A DNA stretch of 64,000 nucleotides from Gekko japonicus. Taxonomy: Eukaryota. Position numbers and translations under genes: made by a program. The notes beneath the pieces were generated by a model. The model saw nothing but the letters and a program-made list of their open reading frames with translations, had not been told where the DNA came from and did not search any database. The stretch lies in the NCBI RefSeq assembly GCF_001447785.1, contig NW_015162477.1, positions 1,011,564 through 1,075,563 of the forward strand, in the 5' to 3' direction. Below, piece by piece: positions 62,593 to 64,000 of the stretch. Within the stretch, counting starts at the first letter, position 1. Every line of letters begins with the position of its first letter.

Positions 62593-64000
62593 TTTTTTTT
62601 TTATAATTTTTTATTGGTTTTCTACACCAACATTAAAGAACATACACATACAGACATTAACCAATACCCTTCACCCACAATAATCTCCATTATTTCATTC
62701 CGTTTCACAATTAGTCAAACATTACCTTAAGAAACTCATTAACACCAATAAACCTTTCAAGGCATACATCTGCGGCCACCCCCCTCATTCCAAATCACCT
62801 TTGCCACATATATTTAATTGTGCTCTTAAGAAAAACAAAAAACTAAATTACCTTTCATTCAGTTAAATAAACATATATAATTCATATATAATTCATAAAT
62901 CATAATTATCTGCTGTTCAGATTTTCATATCATGGAGATTCCCTCTTAACTTCGGTGTCATCCTATGTCTTTATCTTAAGGCCTGACTTCAACAATTAAT
63001 AAAAAAGAAAAGAAAAAAAAATTATGATGGAATTCATAGTCTTCTACTTCATAACTTGTATATTTAGTAACTGGCAACCAAATCAATTCATTCATAAATC
63101 TCCCCATTCTGTTTATATTCCTAACGGCTTTGTAATTAATAAAAGAAAAGGTGTACAGAAAAAAGGAGCGAGGAAAAGATCCGGTTCCAGCGTCTTTTTC
63201 TTTTTAGCTTTGTTTGGGATACATTGTTGCTCTCCCTCCTGTTTGATTCGCTGCAGCTCGTTTCGCTCTCGCGATTCTTTAGTCTGCTCTGACACGTTTT
63301 CCTCCTTAGTGGGGGGGCATTGCAAACTCTTCTCCAAAATATTGTCCCACATTTGATTAAGTGTTTTGTTTAATTCCGCTTGCAAGGCTTTTTGAAAGGC
63401 TTTTTGGAAGTTATCGGATCTAAGCTCTTGTATTATTGAGTCCTGTATTATCTTGGACACAGAGGTCGTCTCCATTTTCTAAAAAGTTCACTTCCGGTTT
63501 CTCCGCGTGCATGCAATTAAGTAATTAAACAGTACACCTTCTAACACTTCTTCCACTTTTTGGTCACAGTATTAATAGCTTATAGTAGAACTCACAGGCA
63601 TTTTTCCTTACCCCAGTCCTCTCTTCATTCGTTGCCCAGAATGGTTTATCGGCCGCTTCTCTTTTGCCGGAGGGGGAAGAAACCATCGGGGAAAAAAGGG
63701 GGTATTTGGTCCCGTCTTGCACTTCTGTAGGATCGCGTAATGTCCCTCGGGGTGGCGTGGCAGCATGGAAATAAACTTATAATCACCAAAAAGAAAGTGG
63801 TTTAAAAGCACGGCTGGTCGCTGCTTGACGGGAACATGGCGTCCATGTTCCCATTCTCGGTGACGCTCCTGCTTCGGGGCAAACCGGTCACCCCCCGTCC
63901 TTGCCAGGGAAACGGGGGGGCCGGTCAAGCCTCATGCTCTTGGTCTCCCTCCAGGAGACCAAGCGGGGCCACCTCGAACCTCGGGGGGCTCCGTAGAAGC
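62593..64000 (-). mobile_element. Polyadenylated, ORF2-less L1-like element with a 120-aa ORF (63113-63475); 5' end outside the window
   Basis: Poly(T) at 62593-62602 and TTTATT at 62610-62615 on the plus strand; GC/CpG-rich leader near 63600-64000; ORF with strong start context AAAATGG; inserted into the ORF of the preceding element. Confidence 0.65.

Overview
Vertebrate genomic DNA with a squamate-type repeat landscape (Sauria SINE, BovB, L2, Penelope-like elements; a gecko is a guess). It spans the head-to-head HIBADH/TAX1BP1 locus. HIBADH coding exons 1-4 are on the minus strand (43416-43335, 32236-32076, 30367-30258, 27738-27617); exon 5 was not found and probably lies left of the window. 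TAX1BP1 is on the plus strand, with a CpG promoter and non-coding exon 1 at about 53.4-53.5 kb and its first coding exon at 60492-60675. Most remaining sequence is intronic or intergenic and rich in transposons. Main highlights: (1) a family of L1-ORF1-only, ORF2-less retrotransposons (half-L1/HAL1-like). One copy is full length (32597-34423) with a 14-bp TSD, one is 5'-truncated with a 17-bp TSD, and one is a diverged relative. The first two share a 3' stem-loop and show many synonymous differences. A further ORF2-less element carries a 120-aa ORF. (2) Decayed minimal hammerhead ribozymes in tandem and inverted Penelope-like repeats. (3) A patchwork duplication beside a 10-N gap that gives a second, apparently identical HIBADH exon 4, probably an assembly artefact. 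(4) Candidate CTCF and HOX-motif elements in HIBADH intron 4, within the known 5' HoxA regulatory landscape. Repeat family names come from by-eye recognition, not from a database search.
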